From Sphagnum compactum (taxonomy: Eukaryota): DNA of 64,000 bases. Shown piece by piece: positions 41,920 through 53,884 of the stretch; within the stretch, counting starts at the first letter, position 1; the number at the start of each line of letters is the position of its first letter. The stretch covers positions 8,112,213 to 8,176,212 of the forward strand of contig OZ234493.1 in the NCBI GenBank assembly GCA_965153455.1. Reading direction: 5' to 3'. The position numbers and the translations under genes were made by a program. The notes under the pieces were generated by a model. The model was not told where the DNA came from, did not search any database, and worked only from the letters and a program-made list of their open reading frames with translations.

Positions 41920-42568
41920 GTCGTGGCTGCAATGTGCGATCCACCACAACCCACCACGGCAACAAAACAACGAACAAACCACAAGAGCTTGAAGATCTCC
42001 TGTTCTTAATGGGATCTTCGTTGCCAATAAAACACCAACAAAATGAACTCTTGTAAGGTAAATGGCATTTTAAAGGTAACCTTCACCTTCTTGAGTGATG
42101 CTTTTTGCTTTAGTGGTCACTTATTTGGTAGAGCCAGCCTACATGCTAAATTTGCACTCTGAAGTCTTCTAATATTATTGGAATCACCCTTCTTTTTTTT
42201 AATGCAAAAAATAGAAAAATGAAAATGAGATTATTCTGTAAGATATTCCCCTTTGATTTGGGGAAACAAGTCAACAGATTTCCCCCCAATAAAATTGAAA
42301 TTTTTTCATCACATTATTATTATTATTATTATTGTGATTTTGGTTTGGTAGCTCAATTTTGTTCCCATTTCTTGAATGTTTAGAGCATCTCCACCTGTTC
42401 TCAGTATGTGACCCTGCAAAATTATTTTTCACATCCAAGTTTAGTTATACACTTTTTTGGAACCCCCACCTGTAAAACTGAAACTGGTACAGCAAATAGG
42501 TGCGGGACTACCAGTAGCAAACCACCTGGACCAATCATTATGATGGGCGAATCAGGAACACCCAGCAG

Positions 42569-42857
42569 CAGCGTTTTTTTCTTTGGCGAAATTTCGTCAA
42601 AATGAGAAAAATAAAAATTTTAAACGACTATTTTGTTGCAGATTCCTTGAATTGTTTTTTTAAATCGTAAAAAATGTAGAGGTTTTGAGCTGGTTTCGCC
42701 AGATTTACAAGCCCTCCTCCTGTGGGTCGTAAAATAAAAGCAGGAATACAAAAAAATTCTACTGCTTTGCATGTCCTGTTCTCATTTAATGTTAAATCTT
42801 TCTTGGGATGCTAGCCAATGGTGCTGCTACACGAGAGAATTGAAAAAAAAATCACTG
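42569..42857. mobile_element. Small non-autonomous element (hAT-like MITE) nested in the Tourist-like MITE
   Basis: Ends CAGCGTTTTTTT and AAAAAAAATCACTG; degenerate 8-bp flanks cccagcag/ctcaacac; absent from the intact MITE copy. Related sequence at ~52140-52250 and ~56900-57140. Confidence 0.55.
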
Positions 42858-43148
42858 CTCAACACCAGTCAGATCCTATTTATTACACTCGTTTCTGTAG
42901 GTGCACAGAGTTGCTGAGCCTTTTACCAGGGCCAGAGTGAATTAACAGCCACCAATGCACCAGTTGGCCGTTCTGTCCACTGGATGGGTTGCGTTTTTTC
43001 ATTCGGCGCCGGATGGGGCTCATCACAGTCGATTTCTTTTTGCTGCTGACCACTGTACTTTTCTTTTTTTTTTCTTGCTCGTTTTTCCCTGGACCTGACC
43101 TCACACATAGCTACCCTGCTCACTTTTCTACCCTGTTCACTTTTCTAC

Positions 43149-43290
43149 CTAGCTACTGTACTCACCACCTACCCTACTAACCTGGCTACTGTACTCACCA
43201 CCTACCCTACTAACCTGGCTACTGTACTCATCACCTACCCTACTAACCTAGCTACTGTACTTACCACCTACCCTACTAACCTAGCTACCC
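43149..43290 (+). repeat. 33-bp tandem repeat, about 4.3 copies
   Basis: ct(a/g)gctactgtactcaccacctaccctactaac starts at 43149, 43182, 43215, 43248 and 43281; another copy near 43515-43590. Confidence 0.9.
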
Positions 43291-43321
43291 TATTAATTAC
43301 ATACCCTACCCTAAAAACCTT

Positions 43322-46300
43322 ACCCTAAATGCAATACCTGCATTTTGGGCCATTTCGAAAGTACACATGTGGGGTTCAAGCTTTCTTTATACAAAGATCC
43401 TACCCTAAATGCAATACCTGCATTTTGGGCCATTTCGAAAGTACGCATGTGGGCTTTTAGCATATTTATATGAAGATCATACCCTAAATGCAATACTTGC
43501 ATTTTGGGTCACATCACTAACCAAGCTACTATACTAACCACCTACCCTACTAACCTAGCTACTCTATTAATTACATACCCTACTAACTTAATCATTAGGT
43601 TTAGGGTTGAGACACATAAATTAATTGATAAGTTTTTCATAAATGTATAATAATTAATTTAAAGTAAGCTAAATTTGGGGGGAAAATTTTAGGGTTTACA
43701 CACATGTGAAGTAATACAATTGCATTTTATACCTTCTTCAAAAAGAATGGAAAAATTAGGTTGAAAAATCACACAAAGGTAAAAGACATATCTTCTTTTT
43801 TGGTTTTGTACGAAATTTATTTGATTATTTCTAAAGATTAACATATTTTATTTCAGTTAATAAATATTTATAATTAAAAACCTTTGAATCTTGGTTTCTA
43901 AATTTTTTCCTATGTTCTTTTAAATTTGGTTATTTTGCATTATATGATTTGTATAGTTCATATAGTTTTTTGGGTTTAGGGCATATATCATTAATTCTTC
44001 TTTTTGTTAGGGTTTGTATAGTTAGGGTTTATATGAAGATCCCACCCTAAATGCAATACCTGCATTTTGGGGCACACAAAAAATACACATGTGGGGTTTA
44101 AGCATCTTTATACGAAGATCCTACCCTAAATGCAATACCTGCAATTTGGGCCACTCCGAAAGGACGCATATAGGGTTTAAGCTTCTTTATATGAAGATCC
44201 TACCCTAAATGCAATACCTACATTTTGGGGCACACAAAAATAATTAATTAATTTCAAATTAATATGTTAATAAAGGTGTGTATAGAGGTTAGCGTTATTG
44301 ATTAGGAGTTCCATGATTCTTACTTCGTTTCATGAATTTGAAAAGAGGTTATATTGTTTATGGATCAAATAATACGATGACAATTGTGATCAAACTTATC
44401 TTGGTGTAGGAATTTTTCATGAAAAAGCTGAACTTACAATCTATAACATGGAATAATTATCTTAAATAGTGATTTCAATAACTTATTAAAACAAAAATAT
44501 ACTTCAGTTAATTAATCAAATATCAAATTAATCAATCTGATTTTTGATAATTATTCATCTAAATTATTTGATAATAAATTAATTATCAGAAATATTTTAT
44601 ATTAAATTGGGGGGAAATTTTTGGGTTTAGATATATGTGACACAATACAATCTCGTTCTATATTTTCTTCAAAGAGATTGAGAAAATGAGGTTGGAGTTA
44701 TCACACAAATGTAATTAACAAAGTTTATGTGAAAACCCAACCCTGAATGCGATACAAAGTTTGTTGAGATCAAAAATAAACCAGCAACTATTATGAGACC
44801 TATATGCGAGTATTACAAGAGATGCCAAAAAAAACCAGCAGCTATTATGGGAACTATATGCGGGTATTGCAACGAATGTTATAAAAACCCAACGAATACC
44901 ATGGATCGATATGCGGGTATTGCAACGAATGAAGAATGTCAACAACTATTCAGTTGGTAAAAGTAAGTACGGGTGTAGGTTTTGCAACGAAACCCCAAAA
45001 TTCTAGTTGGTAAAGGTAAGTATAAGTCTGAAGTTGAAATGAAAAAACAAACCTAAATGTAATACCCACGTTTGAAAAAACCCCATCTAAATGGTTTGGA
45101 TACCCTTAAGTGAAGACCTAGCCCTAAACACAATATGCATATGCAAAGTCACTTTGAAATAACCCAACCCTAAATGCAATACCTGCAATTTGGGTCACTC
45201 CTAAAGGACGCATGTAAGGTTTAAGCTTTCTTTATACGAAGATCTTACCCTAAATGCAATACCTGCATTTTGGGTCACGTCGAAAGTACGCATGTGGGAT
45301 TTAGGCTTATCTATTATTTATTTAATTATATGACAAATTTTATTGATAATTCATTAATTATCATAAATATTTTATATTAAATTGGGGGGGAAATTTTAGG
45401 GTTTAGACATATGTGAAACAATACAATTGCATTCTATATCTTCCTGAAAGAGATTGGGAAAATTAGGTTGGAGTTATCACACAAAGGTAAAAAACAAACC
45501 TTATGTGAAAACCCAACCTTAAATGCAATACAAAGTTTGTGAAGATCAAAAAATAAAAAGTTCAAGCTTAAATATTTTTCAAAGATGTTCATATTTTTTT
45601 TCCCCTTTTAAAGTTGTATATTCATACTAAAAACATAAATATAAAGTCTTTAATTTAATGAGATTTTAAATTGTGTTAAAAAAAAATCAAAACACATAAT
45701 AGTGGTTTAAATATTGGTCCAAATATATTGTTATTTATAAAACCTAATACATAAATAATGATATTATGGAATTATACTGTTGATCCATTTTCAATACATA
45801 TAATATTTTAGGGGTTTAGGGTTTAGGGTTGGGTTTTCACAGGTTAAGGTTGGGTAAACCCTAAAACCCTAAACCCTACAAATATTAATAGTAAATAAAA
45901 TAAATCTACAGTGCATTATAGAGGGTTTAGGTTTAAGTATAGGGTTTAGATTTAGGGTTTAAGGTTAAGGTTTAGGTTTAAATTTAGGGTTTAGGTTTAA
46001 GTTTAGGGTTTAGGGTTAGATTTAGGGTTTAGGGGTTTTGGGTATAAGTTAGGGTTTAGATTTAGGGTTTAAGGTTAAGGTTTAGGTTTAAGTTTAGGGT
46101 TTAGGTTTAGATTTAGGGTTTAGGTTTAAGGTTTAGGGTTTAGGTTTAGATTTAGGGTTTAGGTTTAAGGTTTAGGGTTTAAGTTAGGGTTTAGATTTAG
46201 GGTTTAAGGTTTAGGGTTTAGGTTCAGGTTTTGGGTTTAGGGTTTAGGTTTAGGGTTTAGGTTTAGGATACTGATAATGATGCTGCAAAAGCTGCTGTTG

Positions 46301-47250
46301 TGGCTACAAAGAAAAGTGATTGGTCTTAAGTGCGCACCTACCGGCTAAGTACGCACACTCCTCCCAAGTTCAAGTTGCATACTTAGGCGGGAGGCTATTG
46401 TACGCATGTGGGTTTAAGCATCTTTATACGAAAATCCTACCCTAAATGCAATACCTGCACTTTGGGTCACACAAAAAATACGCATGTGGGGTTTAAGCCT
46501 TTTTTAAATGAAGATCTTACCCTAAATGCAATACCTGCATTTAGGGTCACTCTAAAATAACTAGTTAATTTCAAAATCATATGCTAACAAAGGTGTGTAT
46601 GGAGGTTGGGGTTGTTGATTGGGAATCCATGATTGAAATTTAGAGTTTGGGAAACCCTAAATTAATTAACAGTTTTTTTACAAATTAATAGTAAATGAAA
46701 TAAATCTATGGTGCATTATAAGGGGAATTTTATATGCAAAAAAATGCAATACATATTTGCAAGATCATACTGAAATAATACATAGGTGATTGGAGGAAAG
46801 CATATGTGAAAACCCTAAACCCTAAATGCAATACTCGCATGTAATGTCATTTCAAAAATGGTCAGGGTACCAAAATTATGTCTTTTTATATACCTAAATT
46901 AAATATTATTCTAAATTAATTTTATGACAAAATGTAAGTTTTACAATGAATGAAAAAACCAGCAACTATTATGGGACCTATATGCGGGTATTGCAAGAGA
47001 ACCCAAAAAAATCAGTCGCTATTTTGGAGACTATATGCGAGTATTGCAACGAATGAAGAATGTCAACGATTATTTGTGCCCTTTATGTGGGTATTGCAAG
47101 GAATGTAAAATGCCAACGACTATTATGGGACTCATATGAGGGTATTGCAATGAATGAAAAAGGCCATTGCCTATTATGGGACTTATATGCGGGTATTGCA
47201 TTTAATGCAAAATGTATGTGGCTATTTTTTGAGGTTATATGCAGGTATTG
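43322..47250. repeat. ~80-bp repeat family (accctaaatgcaatacctgcattttggg...) and an inverted ~60-bp family (tatgcgggtattgca...) inside the MULE
   Basis: 80-bp units at ~43322, 43402, 43481, 44045, 44123, 44202, 45168, 45247, 46439, 46519. Opposite-orientation GGTATTGCA units at ~44800-44930 and ~46980-47250. Confidence 0.85.
45805..46266 (+). repeat. Interstitial degenerate plant telomeric repeat array (TTTAGGG with TTTAGG/TTTAGA/TTTAAG variants)
   Basis: Continuous tract of ~345 bp at 45922-46266, plus a short head-to-head cluster at 45805-45878. Confidence 0.9.
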
Positions 47251-47874
47251 CATATTAGAAAATGGTCTTATGGAGTTCATAATAGAAAATGATGTGGGTA
47301 TTATATGTTTAAAATGTGTGGATTATTTTAAAAGTCTTCAAGTGATGTGAGTTCTATTAACTTAGATGTAAGTATTGTATAATGTTTATTTTGATCTTTG
47401 ATTTGATTCTTACATCTCAAGTACAAACAAAATTATGACAAAGAAGACATATAGGATTAACCAAATACACATCAAACAAGTGTGAGTAGCCGATATTATT
47501 ATATTAATAAAAGATGTACAAAAATGGGTGCATGGAAAATTACTAGAGAACCCAATGAAGAAAAAACATTGGATCACTATAACATATCAAAGGATCAAAG
47601 TTCAAAATTGGGTAGTCCAAAAAAGAAAAGGGCTACAAAACCTTACTAATTATATAAAATGAAACCCTAACCCATATCAGTATCTACAATCCCATGTTTA
47701 GCTCGATATGCAGCTGCTGCATTTGCAACCTTTGCTGCATGATGAGCAGTGTAAAGATGGCGGCGTTGCATCTCAATCTGAACTGCATTTGCAACAAACT
47801 GGGCCTTTGTTTGGTCCTGAACCCTACAAACACCCAAAAATCACCAAATTAAACCGTAACACACCTTGGATCAA

Positions 47875-50643
47875 AACATATCCATCTGTGTGTAATTCTC
47901 ATGGTACCATGAAAGAGCTAATCGGCCTCCTATAACATCACACCAATCAAAACATCCACAACCTGTGAGCAAAAAGGTTCATTTCAATCACAACACTTAA
48001 CGTGTCTTATAGCATATGGCTGTCATCATAACAGAATAGTTAACCTCCATATGCAGGAGATAGAACACCCATCGTGCCAGTTCTCATTTGTTACATCCTG
48101 GAGCTAGCCATCCAGTAATTGAGACCTGACAATTATTATGAAACAGAACCCCACCCTCAAATATTCTTCCCCTAGAACCTGCACCAGAGGTTTCACTCAT
48201 TAAACCAAATCAGAGACCAAGTCATTGCATTTAACAAGGCACCTAAATTACCTAGATTCACATCACCAAAGATGATTTCTGCTATTGCTTGACCACCAGC
48301 CTGTCCAGGATAGCCTGCCCATAGAATACCTCCAACTCGCTCATCGTCATTTGCAAATGAGACATCAACAGGCCCACCTGACAATATTACGAGCACAACT
48401 GGGCGCCCGTTAACAGCATCTAGTACAGTTGAAATTAATTCCTCCTGCTTGCCTGGAAGACGTAGACTTTCACGGTCCCGTCCTTCTGATTCTTGGGCCT
48501 GGCTTAATCCAACAAATAAGACAACTGCATTTGCTTCTGAGGCAGCAGTCACTACAGATGGAAAGAGATTTCCATCTCTGCAAGTTGCATCGGCACATCC
48601 AGGTGCGTAAATCACACTTTGCCCATTGCCCCCAAAAAGTGCTTTTATTCCATCCAAAGGACTTGTAAATTTACAGGGAATGCCTGCAGAAACCCAAAGA
48701 ATTTTTTTATGACAAGTCTCTTTCTAATTCTCACTCTTCTGATAAGACTAGGCTTTGGCAAAACCTTGGAAGCAAACAGATTTTTCCTTATGTGCCTAAG
48801 GGGACCAATCTTACAAACCTTAGGCATGTTGGGGTTAAACTCACAACTTTGCCATGACAATTAGTTTGACAACATGTGACATTTCAAAAATACTGACTAA
48901 GCACAGAAAGCTTCAGAGTTGGTAGGCCAGAATAGTTGCACTTGTACTGGCAACCCACATTACTGTAAGATGTCAAGAGGAATCACTTTGAGGAATCAAT
49001 AGGATGGCCCAATTATACCTTCATAATTACCAAGCATCTCTTGAGTTGCATTCCCATGAGGGCCAATCACAGCCACCTTGAACTTTTTTGTTTTGTTCCA
49101 TGGAAGTGCACTTCTATCATTTTTCAACAGAACAATGCTTTGTTGAGCCTCAAGAGCAAGATTTTGGTGACCAGTGGTGCAAACATCAAATGGTCCCAGT
49201 GAGCCGAACGGAAGAGTTTCAGGATCTCCGTCAAACATCCCCAATCGCATCCGCACAGAGAACAGGTTGCGCAGGTGCATGTTTATAAGTTCCTCCCAAA
49301 TTAATCCCTTGTCTAGTGCAGCCTGAGCATGATATAAAACTGTCGTTCCACAATTAAGATCCATACCTGAAAAATTCATCTCAAGTTTCAGTTCATTTTC
49401 TGGGGCATGTCTCTCATGGGTGACCTACCTTTCAGAGTTCCCACAAATCAAAGTGATTAAAGATCACAACAAAAGTATCAAATTGTCCAACACCAAGAGG
49501 AGCACCTGCCAACAAAACATAAGAGACTGCGTCCTTTGGAGTAGGTGCATAATGGATGTATTCATGTATTAGTGCAACCGCATCACAATCTGACACAATG
49601 TACCTACAGCCAACTACAAGTTTCTGTCAATCAAAACCCTTTTGCAATTGCCCTGCAACAAAAAAACTGATATAGAATCTGTTGCCAAATGGCATCTTAA
49701 GATTTCATAACAGCTCATCTTCAACTTCAAGCACAGAACCTAAAACACAAACAATTGAAGGTCGTGACATACCCATTAAAGCCCCAAATATTGCGGACAG
49801 TGAGAGTGAGAAGCTCATAGTGACTGCACATAGGAATTCCATTGAGACGATTGTAGGAGCACATTAGGCTACTGGACTGCCCTTCTTTCACACAGCTCTT
49901 GAAAGGTGGGTTATAAGTGTCCTCCAAGTCTTGCAGACTCACCTGACCACATTCTTGAGATCATTAAGCTACCATCCGTAGGAAGGTCTGAGTTCCAATC
50001 AAAAGAAGGTTTCAATCAGGATTTGATTCTGGAAATGTACTTTTGAACCCATAGGTTCTTAAATCAGAATTCTACAATTCTTCCTGATTCTTGACTTTCA
50101 AAATTCAAACTGCATTTGGACATCTCCCTCACTTGGTGAATATGCTCATCTAAAACAAACAATGCTTTACATTTGTCTACCCATCCAGGTAAGCAAATAT
50201 AAGAAAAGGACAAGTCAGTCCATAGAAAGACACAAACCAGCAGTAAAATGAACTGGGCTTGAGACAAAATCACAGCTGAAAAGGAGCAGGTAAAGCATTG
50301 AACTTTAGAGGAAAGCAAAATGCTGAGGAGCAGAGGGATATGGAACTTACTTTCGCATCAAAATAGTTGCGATCATAGCCTTTCCAGCTGTCCAAGTCAT
50401 GAGCTGTAAAATGCTTACAACACGCAGAAACCTTTAACCGCTTTGGCCCCCCAGCAGTGTGGATCTGGGAACCATCATAATGTCCCTCTTGCAGACCCTT
50501 TACGAAGTAGACTGCATATGTACTCGTAAGCTTTGGATCCTCCCCTGGTGTTTCCTGTGTCCTTCCCCATCGAGGATCTCTGACTATGTTTATGTTTGGT
50601 GACCAATAGCTCAATCCTGACCTTCCTTGATTATACATGGCAC
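47875..50643 (-). pseudogene. 5'- and 3'-truncated glycoside hydrolase family 3 beta-D-xylosidase/arabinofuranosidase (BXL-like) gene fragment with introns
   Basis: Exons ~50641-50351 ([36 protein letters not shown]...[14 protein letters not shown]), 49942-49773 (DLEDTYNPPFKSCV...MCSYNRLNGIP), ~49603-49506 (YIVSDCDAV), ~49366-49019 (MDLNCG...SIVLLKN...GNYE), ~48684-48253 (GIPCKF...ESEGRDRESL...WAGYPGQAGGQAIAEIIFG), ~47930-47875 (GGRLALSWYHENY). No signal peptide/N-terminus and no C-terminal Fn3-like part. Confidence 0.88.
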
Positions 50644-51274
50644 CGCGATGGTGCTCCCGTTCTCGCTGTGGTGCTCCCGCTGTGGTGCTCTGGCGATGGC
50701 GATTGGAGGTAAGACGTTGGAGGTAGGTAGGAGGGGGGAGGTAGGAGGGGGTAGGTAGGAGGTAGGAGGGGGGAGGAAGGTAGGTAGGGGAGAAATGTTT
50801 TGGGGCAGAGTAGAGGTGGGAGAAAAAAAAAATATTTGGGCAGTCCGGATGTGGTTTTGGTTCATCCCCAAAACGGGTTGAACGGGCTCATCCTCAACTG
50901 GTGCATTGGTGGCTGCTAATTCACTCAAGCCATTTACCAGCAACGGCAAACTGTGCAATTACGCTGAGCCAAAACCATTTTCTGGAACCAAACAGGAAGA
51001 TTTTCTTCATCTAATTTTACAGTGCAGGATCACATACTCATCAAAGCTGGAGATTCTCCTAGTATGTGACCCTGCACTGGAAATCTTAGATGAGATTCAT
51101 TAGTCGAATCAAGTCAATCCAGGGGAAACCCTGAAAACTCCCTCCCCCGGCTTTCAAAGCCCTTGAGCAATGAGGACCACTGCAACAGTCTCTGAAACAC
51201 AGTCAAATAGTATTTATTGACTGTTCCCTGTTTCTAATTGGGTAGATAGTTTGATTGGTCCAAGTGGGTTGGTA

Positions 51275-51735
51275 CAGTAAACTCTCTCTAATCTAATACT
51301 GTGTAAACTAATATTCTCTCTAAACTAATATGCGGGCATAGGCCCGTGGCGGGCCTCATACTTAATTTAATAATTCTCCATAAATTGATATTCAATATTT
51401 TTTTCCGATCTCATAGCATTTTACAAACTAATACATCATACATATGGCACCAAAAAAGCGATGAAATCAAAGAAAACACATTCTGCTAAGATTTCTACCA
51501 CTCATGTCATATGATTTTCTACGTGCTTCTTTGATCTTCCATCAAGCTCCACAAGGTTCTGTTATTTTCCCTAATGATCCATGACCTTCTACTAACCTCC
51601 ATGACCTTCCATGCTGCTCTGACAGGTTCCGGAATGATTTTTGTTATCCCCATATAATTTGTGTAAACTAATATCCTCCATAAACTAATATCTTCCGACC
51701 GGTCCCAAAGATATTAGTTTAGAGAGAGTTTACTC
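51275..51735. mobile_element. Tc1/mariner (pogo/Stowaway-like) MITE with TA target duplication
   Basis: TA|CAGTAAACTCTCTCTAATCTAATA ... TATTAGTTTAGAGAGAGTTTACTC|TA, with internal AAACTAATAT repeats. Absent at the paralogous site (~57380). Confidence 0.85.
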
Positions 51736-53884
51736 TATTGAGTAGTAATCTCCCACCTACTTACTTGCAGTCCCAGTTTCATATGTGTGGGTTGGAAACC
51801 AGTTAGTAACGAAAACTTGGATGTGAGAAATATTTTAGCGTACTGACCGTTGGTGAAGATACTCTTATAGGCAGGTTCCTAAAACTTAACATGTCCCCAT
51901 TTAAATGTGAGATCTTTGTTGGGATACTAGCAAATGACACCATATCAAAAAAGGAAGAAAAAAAAACACATTACATGAAATTAGTGGTTTTTTTGTGAGA
52001 GCTTTTGCCAAAATGTGACAAATGAATTGGGGCTGCGATTCTTTCAAAGGCTATTTATTATTTTTGAAATTTTTGAAAAACAATTCACCAACAAACCAAG
52101 GGTTTTGTTGTTGGGTTCACTGGATTTAGATCGCCAAACAGCTGTAGGATTTTATTTTATTATTTATTATCCTACCTGTTCTATAGCCATTTAATGCTAA
52201 ATCCTTCTTTGGATGCTAGTCAATGACGCAACACCCAGAATTTGAAAAATAAAACAATAACCCCGCTTGGAATGGTTTTGTTTTTCATAATGTTCAAAAA
52301 AAAAATTTCAAGAATTTTTTTTTTGTAGCCAAACTGTTGATCTTCCATTGGAAGGTTAGAAAACTAAATATGTGAATCTGCAAACTTTTACTTTTTCTTT
52401 CACTTTAGGCAACTGAAAACCTCCAAAATCACTTTTTTAATTGTTTATTTCACTTTTTTGGCGAGAAATTTCATCAGTAGAAGAAATGCTCATTATTATT
52501 AACCAAACCTTGGACTCAGATTCTTGTTCTTAACTCACTCCATGTGACTTCCTTTCAAAAGGAAAACCAACTTTGTTCCAAACCATTTTGCAAAAGGACA
52601 AAAAGGAGTATTGAGAAATTAAAATAATTTATTTGGAACAAAAAAATTCCCAAAAATATGCCCATTGCGGGAATGATGTTGCTGAAAAAATGGGAGTTGA
52701 AACCTTTTTCCCCAAAATCAATTCAATTTTCAGGTTTTTAAACTTATAAAACCATAAATATATGAAGATCAATAAGAGTGCATTACAAACTTTTAGATCT
52801 ATATATTTCCCATACTTTTTTTAAAAAGGGAAAATGAGAGTTTTTTTTTTTTTGGTAATGAAGCAGAAGAACTCTTTTCAAGAACATGTTGCCTTTGGAA
52901 AAACAATTACATTCAACCCTTGATTTTACGATAGTACTTTGGCGGGTTCAGCACAAATTATATTACTTTTACAAGTGCTGAAATTTTCCCCCAAAAGAAA
53001 GAAAGCTTTTCTACTGAACAATTTTTTCATAAGGAAAATGAAGAATCCTTTGATGCCATTCAGGAATATTCGGTCTTTCGTAATGGAATCTTCAATTTTT
53101 GATTATTTAATTACTTAATTAATTCATTTTTTTTATTGACTAGTGTTTTTTTATTGGCAACAAAAGCTAGTAGTATCCATGGCTTTCTAAAATGGAAGGG
53201 AGTTGTTGGCATAGTCCAACAAGAAGTGCACTCGTCTAGCTTTCTATCTATCTATCTAGGTACACACACTTGCACATGGGACTAGTGATTGACCACCGCC
53301 CACTTCATTGCAAACACTTTAAAAGAAAGAAAACAAAAACCTTTCACGTTTTGTTGGCATGTATGATGGTGTCTCTAGCATGCAAAGCTTTTTTGTCCAT
53401 TTGTGTGATGAGTTCAGAATAGACTCATTCCAGTTCTTAAGAGAATCCATCATCTGTTCCTTCCTATGACCCATTTGTACTTTGTGCACTTATTTCCACC
53501 CACATTGGTGTTTTTTGGTATGCAGTTGAAATGGATGGCGAAAGCAAGCAAGCAAGCTGGGTCCAAATTACTTTCTTTTGGTTGGGTTTTTGGCTTTTGC
53601 ACAAGGACGGCTGAATCTTTGAGACTTGAGATCCATGGGGAGATTCATCAACTCATGAAGTACTTTGTACAATTCAGAGGGATCTTTCTTGGCGTCTCTT
53701 GAACCTCTTCCTTCCTCCCTTTTTAGTATCTATTTCAGTCTATCTTCAACTTTTTGCAACAACAGAAAAGTACAAGATACATGTTGTGCTAAGAGGAGCT
53801 CCACCCATTATTCCTCCTCCTATTTGAGCTTCTTTAAAATGTTTATCACATACAAGATGGTGTATAGTCATTTCCCAATCCACA

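Larger units (their letters stand above)
42930..50931. mobile_element. Mutator-like non-autonomous element carrying a host gene fragment (Pack-MULE-like)
   Basis: TIRs 42930-42966 and 50895-50931 (34/37 identical, GG...CC ends); TSD ttttaccag (42921-42929) / atttaccag (50932-50940); no transposase ORF seen. Confidence 0.8.
42383..51058 (+). mobile_element. Tourist/PIF-Harbinger-like MITE split by two nested insertions (pieces 42383-42568, 42858-42929, 50932-51058)
   Basis: Ends GAGCATCTCCA... and ...TGGAGATTCTC, flanked by tta and cta. The three pieces joined are collinear with the reverse complement of the intact copy at ~53885-54239. Confidence 0.8.

Noticed and set aside
43149-43290. Regular 33-bp repeats resembling a CRISPR array
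   Set aside because: Head-to-tail tandem units with no unique spacers, no cas genes, eukaryotic context.
45805-46266. True telomere or chromosome fusion site
   Set aside because: Short, degenerate, and embedded in a TIR-bounded element with a matched TSD.
47875-50643. Intact native beta-xylosidase gene
   Set aside because: N-terminal and C-terminal exons are not found in the window, and both breakpoints lie inside the MULE.
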